From positions 1-56,751 of IMG/VR virus record IMGVR_UViG_3300023174_000197: a stretch of DNA of 56,751 nt. The stretch is one strand, 5' to 3'. Source of the stretch: a virus. Its lineage: Duplodnaviria > Caudoviricetes. The notes under the pieces are model-generated. The model had not been told where the DNA came from. It made no database searches and saw nothing but the letters and a program-made list of their open reading frames with translations. Position 1 is the first letter of the stretch, and every line of letters starts with the position of its first letter. Below, in pieces: positions 17,889 through 26,527 of this stretch. A program made the position numbers and the translations under genes.

Positions 17889-18194
17889 TTAGTTATCTAC
17901 ATATCCAAATATCACTTTGCCATCATGCACTATTTGTATAAATTCTGCCCCAACATTTGCTTTGTACTCTGGTGTTGCTTTTGCAGCAAGGATTACTCTC
18001 TGCTCACCTTCTGCATTCAAAATGTCTCTGCCATCCACAACCAATTTTATCAATGCAACCATGTTAGCACAGTTGCTGACCAATGAACGAGCAATGACGT
18101 CTTGTGCGTAACTTGTATTTCTACTCACCATAATAACATATTTTGACATGCGATTCAAAACACTCTGCACTGGAATTTTTACTGTATCATTCAT
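17889..18194 (-). CDS. hypothetical protein, paralog family B
   Basis: IPVQSV...ATPEY...QIVHDGK; TAAATA-N6-ATG. Confidence 0.7.
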   Translation of the reverse strand: MNDTVKIPVQSVLNRMSKYVIMVSRNTSYAQDVIARSLVSNCANMVALIKLVVDGRDILNAEGEQRVILAAKATPEYKANVGAEFIQIVHDGKVIFGYVDN

Positions 18195-18221
18195 TGCATT
18201 TATTTAGATACACACCACTCA

Positions 18222-18563
18222 TCAACTGTATTCAAACTCATACAACTTTCTGCCTTGATGTACTATGTAAAATTTATCCAACATTACCTTGTGTTGTCGT
18301 TGAAATTCTGGTGTATCCATTGCAGATAAGAAGATGGTTACATTTGCATCATCATTTTCATGATATGATACACCATCATCAGTATCTTTCAACATTTCGC
18401 TCATGAGTTGAGCCAATGCAATTGGTACATTGCTGATGAATGTACCAATTTTGCCACTGGGCTGCTGCACAGCAAAGCCCTTGTTTTTGAGAGACATGGC
18501 TATGCGCTTGTTGAACTTGGTGACCAACATTTGTGCAACACTTGAAGCAGGAACTTGTTTCAT
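18222..18563 (-). CDS. hypothetical protein, paralog family B
   Basis: See 17537..17884. Confidence 0.75.
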   Translation of the reverse strand: MKQVPASSVAQMLVTKFNKRIAMSLKNKGFAVQQPSGKIGTFISNVPIALAQLMSEMLKDTDDGVSYHENDDANVTIFLSAMDTPEFQRQHKVMLDKFYIVHQGRKLYEFEYS

Positions 18564-18579
18564 AGCATTAGTTATTAAA

Positions 18580-18765
18580 TTATTTTATGCTAACCTTTTG
18601 ATATATCAATATAAGATCAACAATTCTGTAAAGGTCATAATAGATGTATGTAACAGCATCTTCTATACTTTCCCTACCCTTCATTGCATTTGCTCTTGTG
18701 CAATTGCTGAGCAAATTCTCTGAATAAACATTGAGGTTGTAAATTGTGTAGTTGATTGGACTCAT
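18580..18765 (-). CDS. helical microprotein (array member)
   Basis: C.RA...E.IE.AV..IYY motif shared with the next two ORFs. Confidence 0.7.
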   Translation of the reverse strand: MSPINYTIYNLNVYSENLLSNCTRANAMKGRESIEDAVTYIYYDLYRIVDLILIYQKVSIK

Positions 18766-18772
18766 GCTAAAA

Positions 18773-18982
18773 TTACTTGGTGAATTGTTTCCAATCTACA
18801 AGAGCAATGGTGTCAGCAATTTTATCTATTTCGTAGTAGATGTCAATGACAGCTTCTTCCAACCATTCATCTGCATCATATGTATCTGCTCTGTGACAAA
18901 GATCACTCACTTGCCATACATAAGCTTCCAGATAATAAAATGCGCGGTTCATAGGATCACGTGTTGGTATGTGAGGTGTCAT
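18773..18982 (-). CDS. helical microprotein (array member)
   Basis: DLCHRADTY...DIYYEID...DW. Confidence 0.75.
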   Translation of the reverse strand: MTPHIPTRDPMNRAFYYLEAYVWQVSDLCHRADTYDADEWLEEAVIDIYYEIDKIADTIALVDWKQFTK

Positions 18983-18988
18983 AAATTT

Positions 18989-19198
18989 CTAGGTGTAGTT
19001 ATTCCAATCCATGGACTTGATGGTGCCTACAATCCAATTATCTATCTCATCATAGATATCATTGACAGTTGACTCTATCAGTTCCACTCTAGCATATGAA
19101 TCAGCCATGTGACAAAGATCAGTCAAAGACCTTGCAAAAGAGTCCAAATAAAAAAGTCTGTAATACAAAGGACTACTTGCTGATGTAGGAGGTGTCAT
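18989..19198 (-). CDS. helical microprotein (array member)
   Basis: DLCHMADSY...DIYDEID...DW. Confidence 0.75.
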   Translation of the reverse strand: MTPPTSASSPLYYRLFYLDSFARSLTDLCHMADSYARVELIESTVNDIYDEIDNWIVGTIKSMDWNNYT

Positions 19199-19437
19199 AA
19201 ATGCTTGTGGATTGCTGCTGTTTGCTCTGTGTCTCGCTTGGTTTCATCTGCAATGATGTTGACAATGTATTTGCAGTTTATGCCAATGTCTTTCATGTAT
19301 TCTTTCATATAGTCTTTGATAGACAAGCGTGGTACAGGATTTTTCATTGCAGTGTATATACTATGCAACATGAATGCAATGTCCTGTGCAGAAGCAGTTA
19401 TTCTGGAGTTGATGGGGAGTGCGTAGTTGGCTTGCAT
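19195..19437 (-). CDS. helical microprotein (array member)
   Basis: Start MQANY; C..IVNIIA C-terminal helix. Confidence 0.6.
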   Translation of the reverse strand: MQANYALPINSRITASAQDIAFMLHSIYTAMKNPVPRLSIKDYMKEYMKDIGINCKYIVNIIADETKRDTEQTAAIHKHL

Positions 19438-19445
19438 GATGTATA

Positions 19446-19661
19446 TTACACGTCTATGTGAGGCTGTGAGTCTTGTTGCGCTGCATTGGCAAGGGTACCT
19501 GCAATGTGTTGACAATATTTACTCACAGTGCGTATTGTGCCTCTGTACCATGCATTTGATGCAGTCGGTTGCATCATATTGTACAAATGATCTGAAACAT
19601 CCAGCGCATAATAATCAAGCAATTTGAGTGTGTGAGCAGTGACTGGAAAGTTGGTTTGCAT
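19446..19661 (-). CDS. helical microprotein (array member)
   Basis: Start MQTNF; resembles 19195..19437. Confidence 0.6.
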   Translation of the reverse strand: MQTNFPVTAHTLKLLDYYALDVSDHLYNMMQPTASNAWYRGTIRTVSKYCQHIAGTLANAAQQDSQPHIDV

Positions 19662-19668
19662 TTTGTAT

Positions 19669-19866
19669 TTATTTAATGCTTGTGATGACACTGATGATGC
19701 GTTTCAAAGCATTGTCAATGAGCAGCTGTTGTGAACGATCAACATGAAGCTGCCTGTTATGATCTTCATTTATCACTTCAGCAATGTATTTGAACCAATG
19801 TGCATCATTTGCAAGTTTGGTAACATTGTTTTCATCATCAAATGGATCATCTTCAAAACTATTCAT
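19669..19866 (-). CDS. helical microprotein (array member)
   Basis: 65 aa, ATGA overlap. Confidence 0.65.
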   Translation of the reverse strand: MNSFEDDPFDDENNVTKLANDAHWFKYIAEVINEDHNRQLHVDRSQQLLIDNALKRIISVITSIK

Positions 19867-20048
19867 AGTTGTCTTTTCAACACGTGTTTGCTGGTGATGA
19901 GATCTGTAATGTTCACTGCCAAGTAATTTAAACGAGATGTTATAGCATTTAAATGTATAGCAGGCCGATGAGATGCTAGCTGCTGCAGATCATAATCTAT
20001 CAGCTGCTTTGCTATGCGTGCTGTATTGTTGAGTGTCAATGGAATCAT
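19863..20048 (-). CDS. helical microprotein (array member)
   Basis: 61 aa, ATGA overlaps. Confidence 0.65.
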   Translation of the reverse strand: MIPLTLNNTARIAKQLIDYDLQQLASHRPAIHLNAITSRLNYLAVNITDLITSKHVLKRQL

Positions 20049-20218
20049 TGTGCATTCATTGTTTTTATTACAGTGTCTTTAATAGATTTTACTCTGCGAA
20101 AGATCTCATTCATATTGAATGGCCTTTTTTCATAATGATCTCTGCCATAACCAGCATAAAAATTGCAGTAATATTTTAAATTAGCTGTTGTATATTCCAA
20201 CATCTCTTCTTCACTCAT
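20045..20218 (-). CDS. helical microprotein (57 aa)
   Basis: Manual ORF MSEEEMLEYTTANLKYYC...; TATAAATA-N5-ATG. Confidence 0.6.
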   Translation of the reverse strand: MSEEEMLEYTTANLKYYCNFYAGYGRDHYEKRPFNMNEIFRRVKSIKDTVIKTMNAQ

Positions 20219-20232
20219 ATCACTATTTATAC

Positions 20233-20262
20233 AAAAAGCAGGTGATGCATTACACCACCTGC
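20233..20262 (-). terminator. rho-independent terminator
   Basis: GCAGGTGGTG-TAATG-CATCACCTGC followed by TTTTT on -. Confidence 0.75.
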
Positions 20263-20288
20263 CTTTGGGTTTGTTGTTGGTTGTTGGT

Positions 20289-20678
20289 TTAAGCCTTTTT
20301 GTTGGATGCTACATGAGGCTCTGCAGCTTTGGCCTGCTTGGCCTGCTCACGTGCCATTTTGCGAGCACCAGCTGCTTGCTGTTTGGCTGCATCTTTGGCC
20401 TGCTTGGCCTGCAGCTTCAACTGCTGGCGTTGCAGTTTATCAGCAGCTTGCAGCTCCTGCTTGGCCTGCTTGTTGGCCTGCTGTGCATGTGCAATGCTGT
20501 TGTTGATGTCTGCAGCACGAGCAGCTACATCAACACCATTGTGAACAGCCAGTGCCACCAAAATGGACATCAGCTGCTTTTCAGTTACATTGTGTTGAGC
20601 GCGCAAGTCTTGAATGATTTGCTTGTCTTCAGGAGTTACAAGGCAGGCATTGAACTTGGAGTTGGCGTTGGTATTCAT
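20289..20678 (-). CDS. hypothetical protein with Ala/Lys/Gln coiled-coil tail
   Basis: 129 aa; followed by a terminator. Confidence 0.7.
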   Translation of the reverse strand: MNTNANSKFNACLVTPEDKQIIQDLRAQHNVTEKQLMSILVALAVHNGVDVAARAADINNSIAHAQQANKQAKQELQAADKLQRQQLKLQAKQAKDAAKQQAAGARKMAREQAKQAKAAEPHVASNKKA

Positions 20679-20760
20679 ATGTATTTGAGTTGGGTTTGTT
20701 TTGCTGTTTGTATTACACTATAGGCTAAAAATTGAATGATGCAACTTTTTTCCTAAAATT

Positions 20761-20907
20761 TTACTCTGCATTGTCGCTGCACTTGTTTTTGTGCTTGCTG
20801 TTGCGGCGATACTCAAGAGCACGATGCTTGAAGCTAGGAGGTGGCAAAGGCTTGCGCACTTTGTTTTTGATCTTCTTTGCACTGATGGTGCCAATGTAAA
20901 TTTTCAT
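20761..20907 (-). CDS. small basic hypothetical protein (48 aa)
   Basis: Manual ORF MKIYIGTISAKKIKNKVRKPLPPP... Confidence 0.45.
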   Translation of the reverse strand: MKIYIGTISAKKIKNKVRKPLPPPSFKHRALEYRRNSKHKNKCSDNAE

Positions 20908-20937
20908 ATACACAATGTATATGTTTCCTGGCAGCAA

Positions 20938-21156
20938 TCAACTGCAATGTTGTTTGATGTAATTTCCAAATTCTCTTGTAAAAGTACGAAAGTATGCCAT
21001 CCATGATGAATCCATCAATGGTTCACTATCTTTTTTTAAATATGGCTGGTTGGCCATTTTTGAGCTGGTTGTTAATTCTTTGTTGGCCAATCTAAAATCT
21101 TCCAAAGCCCATAATGCGCCTTTTCTGAATGGAAATAAATGTGCTGGTGGATTCAT
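20938..21156 (-). CDS. hypothetical protein, paralog of 21153..21359
   Basis: PFRKGAxWALEDFRxAN...SxWxxYF...RE.G.YIK.H. Confidence 0.75.
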   Translation of the reverse strand: MNPPAHLFPFRKGALWALEDFRLANKELTTSSKMANQPYLKKDSEPLMDSSWMAYFRTFTREFGNYIKQHCS

Positions 21157-21359
21157 ATGCGGTAGTGTTCTTTGATGACATATCCTAATTCTCTTGCCAA
21201 CACGTGAAAGTAGCTTATCCACAATGATTGTAACAATGGTGTTTGTGGTGGTATTGATTCATCTTGCCGCTTCTTCAAATGTATATTAGCTTTTCTAAAA
21301 TCTTCCAAAGCCCACATTGCACCTTTTCTGAATGGAGTTGATTGTGTTGGTGTATTCAT
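21153..21359 (-). CDS. hypothetical protein, paralog of 20938..21156
   Basis: Same motif; ATGA overlap. Confidence 0.75.
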   Translation of the reverse strand: MNTPTQSTPFRKGAMWALEDFRKANIHLKKRQDESIPPQTPLLQSLWISYFHVLARELGYVIKEHYRI

Positions 21360-21376
21360 ATGCTGTAATGTTGTTT

Positions 21377-21679
21377 CTATGGTGACACTCCTGGTACTTC
21401 TATGGTACGATCTTCATAATCAATCTCTACATAATCATACTTGGGTCTATAATCAATCAACACATATGATGAATCAAACAAATGTTTAGCATATTTGTTG
21501 GTATTGTCAGCTGCTGTGAAGAAGAATGCAATGAGCAATGCACAATCAACAACGTCACGTATGTAATACTTCATGTCATGAGGATTAACTTTCATGTGAT
21601 TGCTGTTGCAAAAGTTGGCATAGTTGTTGAGACTGTCTGCCAATTTATTAGTCTCTTGTGTTGCGGGGATGGCGTTCAT
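21377..21679 (-). CDS. hypothetical protein
   Basis: 100-aa ORF. Confidence 0.65.
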   Translation of the reverse strand: MNAIPATQETNKLADSLNNYANFCNSNHMKVNPHDMKYYIRDVVDCALLIAFFFTAADNTNKYAKHLFDSSYVLIDYRPKYDYVEIDYEDRTIEVPGVSP

Positions 21680-21680
21680 A

Positions 21681-21983
21681 TTATTTTACTTGTACTCTTT
21701 TGCCATCCAGCTGCATCAAATAAACTTTTGTTGGAAAAACAGCATATTTGTATTGATCTGCAATTGTAGCTTTGACAGCAGGTGACATATCTTTGACAGG
21801 AATGAACATGGCAGCTATGCGTTGTATGATCCTGGTGGCGATGCGCACACGCGTCTCGGTATTCACACCACCATTGGCGGCTGTCCTCAAATCGCCGCAA
21901 ACCTGCACGCTTTGCGCTTGCAAATATCCATATGCAGACCAGTTTTTAATGTGATACTTGGGTTGTTGATTCCATCTAGCCAT
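21681..21983 (-). CDS. hypothetical protein
   Basis: Start MARWN after TATAAATA-N5. Confidence 0.65.
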   Translation of the reverse strand: MARWNQQPKYHIKNWSAYGYLQAQSVQVCGDLRTAANGGVNTETRVRIATRIIQRIAAMFIPVKDMSPAVKATIADQYKYAVFPTKVYLMQLDGKRVQVK

Positions 21984-22000
21984 GCATTTATTTATACACA

Positions 22001-22035
22001 AAAATGGCGCTGCCAATATAAACTAGCAGCGCCAT
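22001..22035 (-). terminator. rho-independent terminator
   Basis: ATGGCGCTGC...GCAGCGCCAT stem then T-run on -. Confidence 0.75.
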
Positions 22036-22055
22036 GGTTTAGGTTGTTGGTTGAA

Positions 22056-22268
22056 TTACAGAGCAAAGACGCCTTTGCTGCGAATGTCCTGCGCCAGGTC
22101 ACGCGCATCTACACGACGAATGTCAGCGCTGTACTGATTGATGGGCAGCTGAACATCGCCACGGACGATGCGATAACCACCATTGGCATCACGCTCCAAA
22201 AGTACATTGACGAATTTTGGACGGACGTTTTTGCTCTTGAACCACTGTTTGTTGATGTTGTTTTTCAT
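22056..22268 (-). CDS. hypothetical protein
   Basis: 70 aa; has its own sigma70-like promoter and terminator. Confidence 0.7.
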   Translation of the reverse strand: MKNNINKQWFKSKNVRPKFVNVLLERDANGGYRIVRGDVQLPINQYSADIRRVDARDLAQDIRSKGVFAL

Positions 22269-22306
22269 ACACTAACAATATATGTCTCTGAGCAATAAAT
22301 CAACGG

Positions 22307-22693
22307 TTAAAGACGATTTAAATCTAAATTAATTATGGATCCATCCAACATTTGCAGAGGTGTCCATTTTGCCATTACAACAACTTCAAACCATGCTGCT
22401 CCTTTGTTCAATCTTGGAAAGAATGCACTAATGATGTCTGAATTGCCAAAGTTATATGCATGATACATCAGGCTACTCTCCATTGTATCTTTAAACTCCT
22501 CTTTGCTTTGCAAAGCTGCAGCCATTGGCTTTGTTATGTATTGAAGTTTGCGAATGAATCTGGTTGTTTCCAATTTTATAATGCGCTGTTGTGATGCATC
22601 TTCTGCTTCCAATTCAAACAACTCACCATAATTGCTCAACAATGCATCAGCAATGTTGCCAAAAGCATCAGATATTTTAACAGGATTATACAT
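22307..22693 (-). CDS. hypothetical protein
   Basis: 128 aa; TAAATA-N5-ATG. Confidence 0.7.
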   Translation of the reverse strand: MYNPVKISDAFGNIADALLSNYGELFELEAEDASQQRIIKLETTRFIRKLQYITKPMAAALQSKEEFKDTMESSLMYHAYNFGNSDIISAFFPRLNKGAAWFEVVVMAKWTPLQMLDGSIINLDLNRL

Positions 22694-22706
22694 GCATTTA
22701 TTTAAT

Positions 22707-22738
22707 AAAAAACCTCTCCAGAATAATCTAGAGAGGTT
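22707..22738 (-). terminator. rho-independent terminator
   Basis: AACCTCT...AGAGGTT stem followed by T-run on -. Confidence 0.65.
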
Positions 22739-22762
22739 GTTTGATTGTTTGTTGGAGCAGTA

Positions 22763-23224
22763 TTAGAACGCGTCGCCAATGTCAGCAAGTTCAGGACTAT
22801 CTCTTCTGATTTCATCACGAACAATGCGATGAGCTTGCATGTTGTCAAACTCTTGCTTGCTGAGGTTCTTGTCATTGATGTAGAATTCTTCATAACCGTT
22901 CTTGAGAAGAACAGCAGGACCATCTTCACGATGTTTCTTGCCATTTACAAAGTAAATTTCAATGAGGCCTTCATCATTGCCAGTGTACCATACAGCAGGA
23001 CCACTCTCATTGTTGAGCTCACCATTGGTAGTGAACTGAAGATTCAAACCTGTTTCTTCATGCAAGACATGAATGTCAGGGCCTACATATTCAAGCTGCC
23101 AGCCTGGAATTTGTGGCAGAGGCTTGCCTTGACCGCCTGCACCAGCCATCTCACGCAAAAGGTTGCCACCGTTTTGAATGTTTTCGTACAATTTAGAGAG
23201 TTTTTCAACGTCAGAGTGTTTCAT
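22763..23224 (-). CDS. HRxDGPA-repeat phage protein
   Basis: NGELNNESGPAV and YFVNGKKHREDGPAV repeats. Confidence 0.75.
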   Translation of the reverse strand: MKHSDVEKLSKLYENIQNGGNLLREMAGAGGQGKPLPQIPGWQLEYVGPDIHVLHEETGLNLQFTTNGELNNESGPAVWYTGNDEGLIEIYFVNGKKHREDGPAVLLKNGYEEFYINDKNLSKQEFDNMQAHRIVRDEIRRDSPELADIGDAF

Positions 23225-23249
23225 GTTGTTTTTATTTATAGCTCAATCA

Positions 23250-23381
23250 TTATTTTTTGCCAGCTGTTTCTGTTTTTTGCTGTGGTTTTTTGAAAATATT
23301 GTCATAGTTTTGCCAATATTTTTGCCAATCTTTGGTTCGATTGTCGTCACCTTTGCCTGCTTCAGATTTAGTAAATGCCAT
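23250..23381 (-). CDS. small phage protein (GKGD..R...Y..NYD.IF motif)
   Basis: Manual 43-aa ORF; TAAATA-N5-ATG. Confidence 0.6.
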   Translation of the reverse strand: MAFTKSEAGKGDDNRTKDWQKYWQNYDNIFKKPQQKTETAGKK

Positions 23382-23389
23382 GAATGTAT

Positions 23390-23623
23390 TTATTGCTCCA
23401 CCTTTTTATGCTTGTTGTTGGGCTTTGCAGGCTTCTTGTAATATCTGCTGAGCACTGCACTGTAGTAGTCATAGATGACGTCTGCAGCTTGATCTGGTGT
23501 CATTTGATCCAAATTGCCATTGGGATTGCCCAACATAGCACCAGCAATGCTCTGATAAAGATGCATGTTGATGGCTTGTTGATCTGATTGTGATACATCA
23601 TTATTCATTGCAGAGAGCTTCAA
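23390..23623 (-). CDS. hypothetical protein
   Basis: ORF track; true start probably MNNDV. Confidence 0.55.
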   Translation of the reverse strand: MKLSAMNNDVSQSDQQAINMHLYQSIAGAMLGNPNGNLDQMTPDQAADVIYDYYSAVLSRYYKKPAKPNNKHKKVEQ

Positions 23624-23972
23624 ATTGTTTGAGCGTCAATGGCTCTGGATATTGTGCTGCTTCATCTTCACTAGGAATCTCTACAACATACAATGGAGCA
23701 TAAAAAGGTTTCTGTTTTTCTTGCTCAATGGCTTCTTTGAACTCAGCTGCAATTGCACTGCATTTGAGTTTGAACTTTTTGAACTTGGTCATGCTCATTT
23801 GCATGCGCAGATGCTTGTTGCTGGCCAGCAAAGGCAATGGCGGAGGAGTGATTCGGCTGATGACTTCTGCTAGCTTGCTGTCACGACCCAGCACAGCAAT
23901 GGGCTCATGGCCGCGGAACAAATAATTGTATGCAGCAGATGAGGCATTTGAATCAGATGTATTTTGTTTCAT
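23601..23972 (-). CDS. hypothetical protein
   Basis: 123-aa ORF. Confidence 0.6.
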   Translation of the reverse strand: MKQNTSDSNASSAAYNYLFRGHEPIAVLGRDSKLAEVISRITPPPLPLLASNKHLRMQMSMTKFKKFKLKCSAIAAEFKEAIEQEKQKPFYAPLYVVEIPSEDEAAQYPEPLTLKQFEALCNE

Positions 23973-23991
23973 GTTATTAATATAGATGTGT

Positions 23992-24567
23992 TTAAGATAT
24001 GTTCAACTGTTCCGATACTTTTTTTCCATTGGCATCTGTATCATCAATGTAATGTTGTACATGCAGCAATGCATCTGGCACTGCATTGAAATTATCATCA
24101 TGATACAAATCAGTGAACCATTTGCGTTGCTGCAGCATGCGATGATGAGAGTACAAGTAAATGTTGGCCAGCTTGGCGTAACGTGCAGCATCAATGTCTA
24201 GCTTGTAATCCTTGATGCATTGCAATGCTCTGGCTTCACAATCGTGCTCCAGTGCAATGCATTTGTGCATGCTGTCTGCAGCTGATTCAGCACAAGCTTC
24301 CATGCCACTCAACCAATGTGTAAATGCCATGGAGCCACCTGCAACATAATCATTCCACTGTTTGCAGTTCTCAATGCATTGCTGCATGTGACAATATTCA
24401 TGCAGCAATATTTCAAAGCCTTGTACATTGTTGTACGCAACCACCAGCTCTTTGCCATTGAACCATCCTCCTGTTCTCTTGACAGTGCGCTTGTTGAGCA
24501 GCTTGACAGAGACTCCAGCCTGCATTGCTTCTGAGACTACTTTGGCAATAAATGCTTGACGATTCAT
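23992..24567 (-). CDS. putative zinc metallopeptidase (HExxH)
   Basis: LLHEYCH plus downstream LEHDCE. Confidence 0.6.
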   Translation of the reverse strand: MNRQAFIAKVVSEAMQAGVSVKLLNKRTVKRTGGWFNGKELVVAYNNVQGFEILLHEYCHMQQCIENCKQWNDYVAGGSMAFTHWLSGMEACAESAADSMHKCIALEHDCEARALQCIKDYKLDIDAARYAKLANIYLYSHHRMLQQRKWFTDLYHDDNFNAVPDALLHVQHYIDDTDANGKKVSEQLNIS

Positions 24568-24583
24568 ACATCAATATATAGGC

Positions 24584-25483
24584 TTATACATTGACTTCAA
24601 CAAATTTCCACACTGCATTTTCTGCGCGACCAAACTTTTGCAACTTATTTTCGGAAACCAGTTGACGCAGCAAGTAGTTGGCGCGAAACTCATCAATGCT
24701 CAGCTGCTTGCAGACTCGCTCTACATTGATGCAAGGAGGTTCAGTCATTTGCATGATGGCATTGAGTTGCTTGTCTTTTTGAGAGCTTTTGCCTTGTTTA
24801 GCATCAGCAACTTCAACAGCTTTCTCAAAATCATACCCCATGCTGCCAAAGAAGAACGTAAATGAACCAGCGCTGCCATATCGATTCTTATCAACTTCAA
24901 TGACGCGCACATTGTCTCCTTGTGCACTCAAGCGCATGTTGCAATCCACAGCATGCACAATGCCTGATCCACCTTTGTATGTACCGCCTTTGGTGGAGTG
25001 CATGATGATGCCAATGGCTGTCTTGTGATTCTTGGCAATGGTAACCAATGCATCAGCTTTGTATTGCTCTGCAGCAGCTTTGGATTCAACATCGCAATGC
25101 AGGCTTTGAAAAGAGTCAATGATGAGCACATCAACTTGCTCTGCAATTTCTTCAACAGTGCTGAGATCATTGTTGCTGGCAATGAGTACATCAACAGTCT
25201 TGAGACGGCGGCAAGTATAAGCTACCATGACTTGACTTTCTTCACCGCTCAAGTAAGCAGCTGTATAGCCTTGATTGGCCAATGCTTGGCAAATTTGCAG
25301 CATCAGAGTAGTCTTGCCGCAGCCTGGATCTGCAGAAATAGTAAACGTCATGCCAGGCAAGATGCCTTCTCCGAAAATGCGATCAACTTGCGCAATGCCA
25401 GTTTTGAGCCTGTTGAAGAACTCTTGCGGAATTTCAACGTCACCAGCGCGATTCAATGTTGTAGTTTTATGTTCAATTTTCAT
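24584..25483 (-). CDS. RadA/Sms-like RecA-family ATPase
   Basis: TGIAQVDRIFG, PGCGKTT, YLSGEES, IIDSFQ, HAVD, KNRYG; lacks the N-terminal Zn finger and Lon domain. Confidence 0.85.
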   Translation of the reverse strand: MKIEHKTTTLNRAGDVEIPQEFFNRLKTGIAQVDRIFGEGILPGMTFTISADPGCGKTTLMLQICQALANQGYTAAYLSGEESQVMVAYTCRRLKTVDVLIASNNDLSTVEEIAEQVDVLIIDSFQSLHCDVESKAAAEQYKADALVTIAKNHKTAIGIIMHSTKGGTYKGGSGIVHAVDCNMRLSAQGDNVRVIEVDKNRYGSAGSFTFFFGSMGYDFEKAVEVADAKQGKSSQKDKQLNAIMQMTEPPCINVERVCKQLSIDEFRANYLLRQLVSENKLQKFGRAENAVWKFVEVNV

Positions 25484-25552
25484 TGTCCATTAACATAGCT
25501 GATTCTGCAGTTTGTTCCAGCGGTTCCTGCTACTTTATGCGCCGCATCATGT

Positions 25553-25885
25553 CTACTCAGTATAAGGCATAGTGCTGCGCAATGTTTGCAGCTGCACTGT
25601 ATCATTGTAGATGGTGTAGTTGCGAGATTCCAGATAATCTTGCGCATCATTCAGAGAGTTGAACTTGCAAGCTTTGGTATACTTATCATTGTAACGACTA
25701 ACATTCTGCGCATCATCATTGCAATCAAAGATGTGTTCAAAATGAGCTTTGACAACCAGTTCTACATGATCTGCGTACATCTCTACAATGAGATCATTGC
25801 TGCGGATGCCAGGTTCAGTGCACAGTCCAATATAATTTGTAGTGTTGTGAGGAAACAGTGGCTTGTTGGGTGTATGTGTTTTCAT
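25553..25885 (-). CDS. hypothetical protein
   Basis: 110-aa ORF. Confidence 0.6.
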   Translation of the reverse strand: MKTHTPNKPLFPHNTTNYIGLCTEPGIRSNDLIVEMYADHVELVVKAHFEHIFDCNDDAQNVSRYNDKYTKACKFNSLNDAQDYLESRNYTIYNDTVQLQTLRSTMPYTE

Positions 25886-25900
25886 ATTTGTTGTGTAAAA

Positions 25901-26527
25901 TTACTTGCGTTCATCATAATTGAGATTGATCACCTTGAAGCTACCGTTCTTGTGCTTGATGACAACACCTTCAAATGCTTTACCATTTACTTCAGTCATT
26001 ACTTCAGCATACTCCTTGATAAGCTCTGGAGTTAGCGTAGCAGTTTCAAGCAAGTCAACTGCTGGCACACCAATTATGCCGCAAACGTTTTGATAATAAT
26101 GCTTGCTGCCTTTGTTTTCATACTCAAGAGTATCAAGATTGAAGATGCTATAAGCAGCAAAGCTAAGAGGTAGTTTGCTATGTGGATTAACCCCATGATG
26201 CTGAATACCACTACCATGCACCTCACCACGCAGAGCTAATGAAACATTATTAGATTCGCAATATGCTTGCAGCTTCTCAAGGATGTTGTACTTTGCTTCA
26301 GCTCTGGTATAATTGTTCAGGCATTCCTTTTTAAGTTCAAGAGAGCGAGAACAAACACCGGTTTGCCATTCATTTGTTTCTGGATCTTTGCGGCAGTAAT
26401 AAGTGGCGCTGGAGTTGTGTACTAGCATTCCGTTAGCGAAGAAGTTGTGATTCTTTGCTGTCTCAATATCGTAAAGCTTGGAATCGCATGAGACTTTACG
26501 GATGCTTTTAATTTTTACTTTTTGCAT
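25901..26527 (-). CDS. split-intein C-part fused to RNA ligase C-terminal half
   Basis: MQKVKIKSIRKV...YDIETAKNHNFFANGMLVHN|SS, then ligase motifs RGEVHG, EGVVIK, FKVIN. Confidence 0.9.
   Translation of the reverse strand: MQKVKIKSIRKVSCDSKLYDIETAKNHNFFANGMLVHNSSATYYCRKDPETNEWQTGVCSRSLELKKECLNNYTRAEAKYNILEKLQAYCESNNVSLALRGEVHGSGIQHHGVNPHSKLPLSFAAYSIFNLDTLEYENKGSKHYYQNVCGIIGVPAVDLLETATLTPELIKEYAEVMTEVNGKAFEGVVIKHKNGSFKVINLNYDERK

Noticed and set aside
5274-20218. CRISPR array or diversity-generating retroelement as the source of the regular ~200-bp periodicity
   Set aside because: There is no identical DNA repeat, no TR/VR pair with A-specific differences and no reverse transcriptase in the window. 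The periodicity is gene length.
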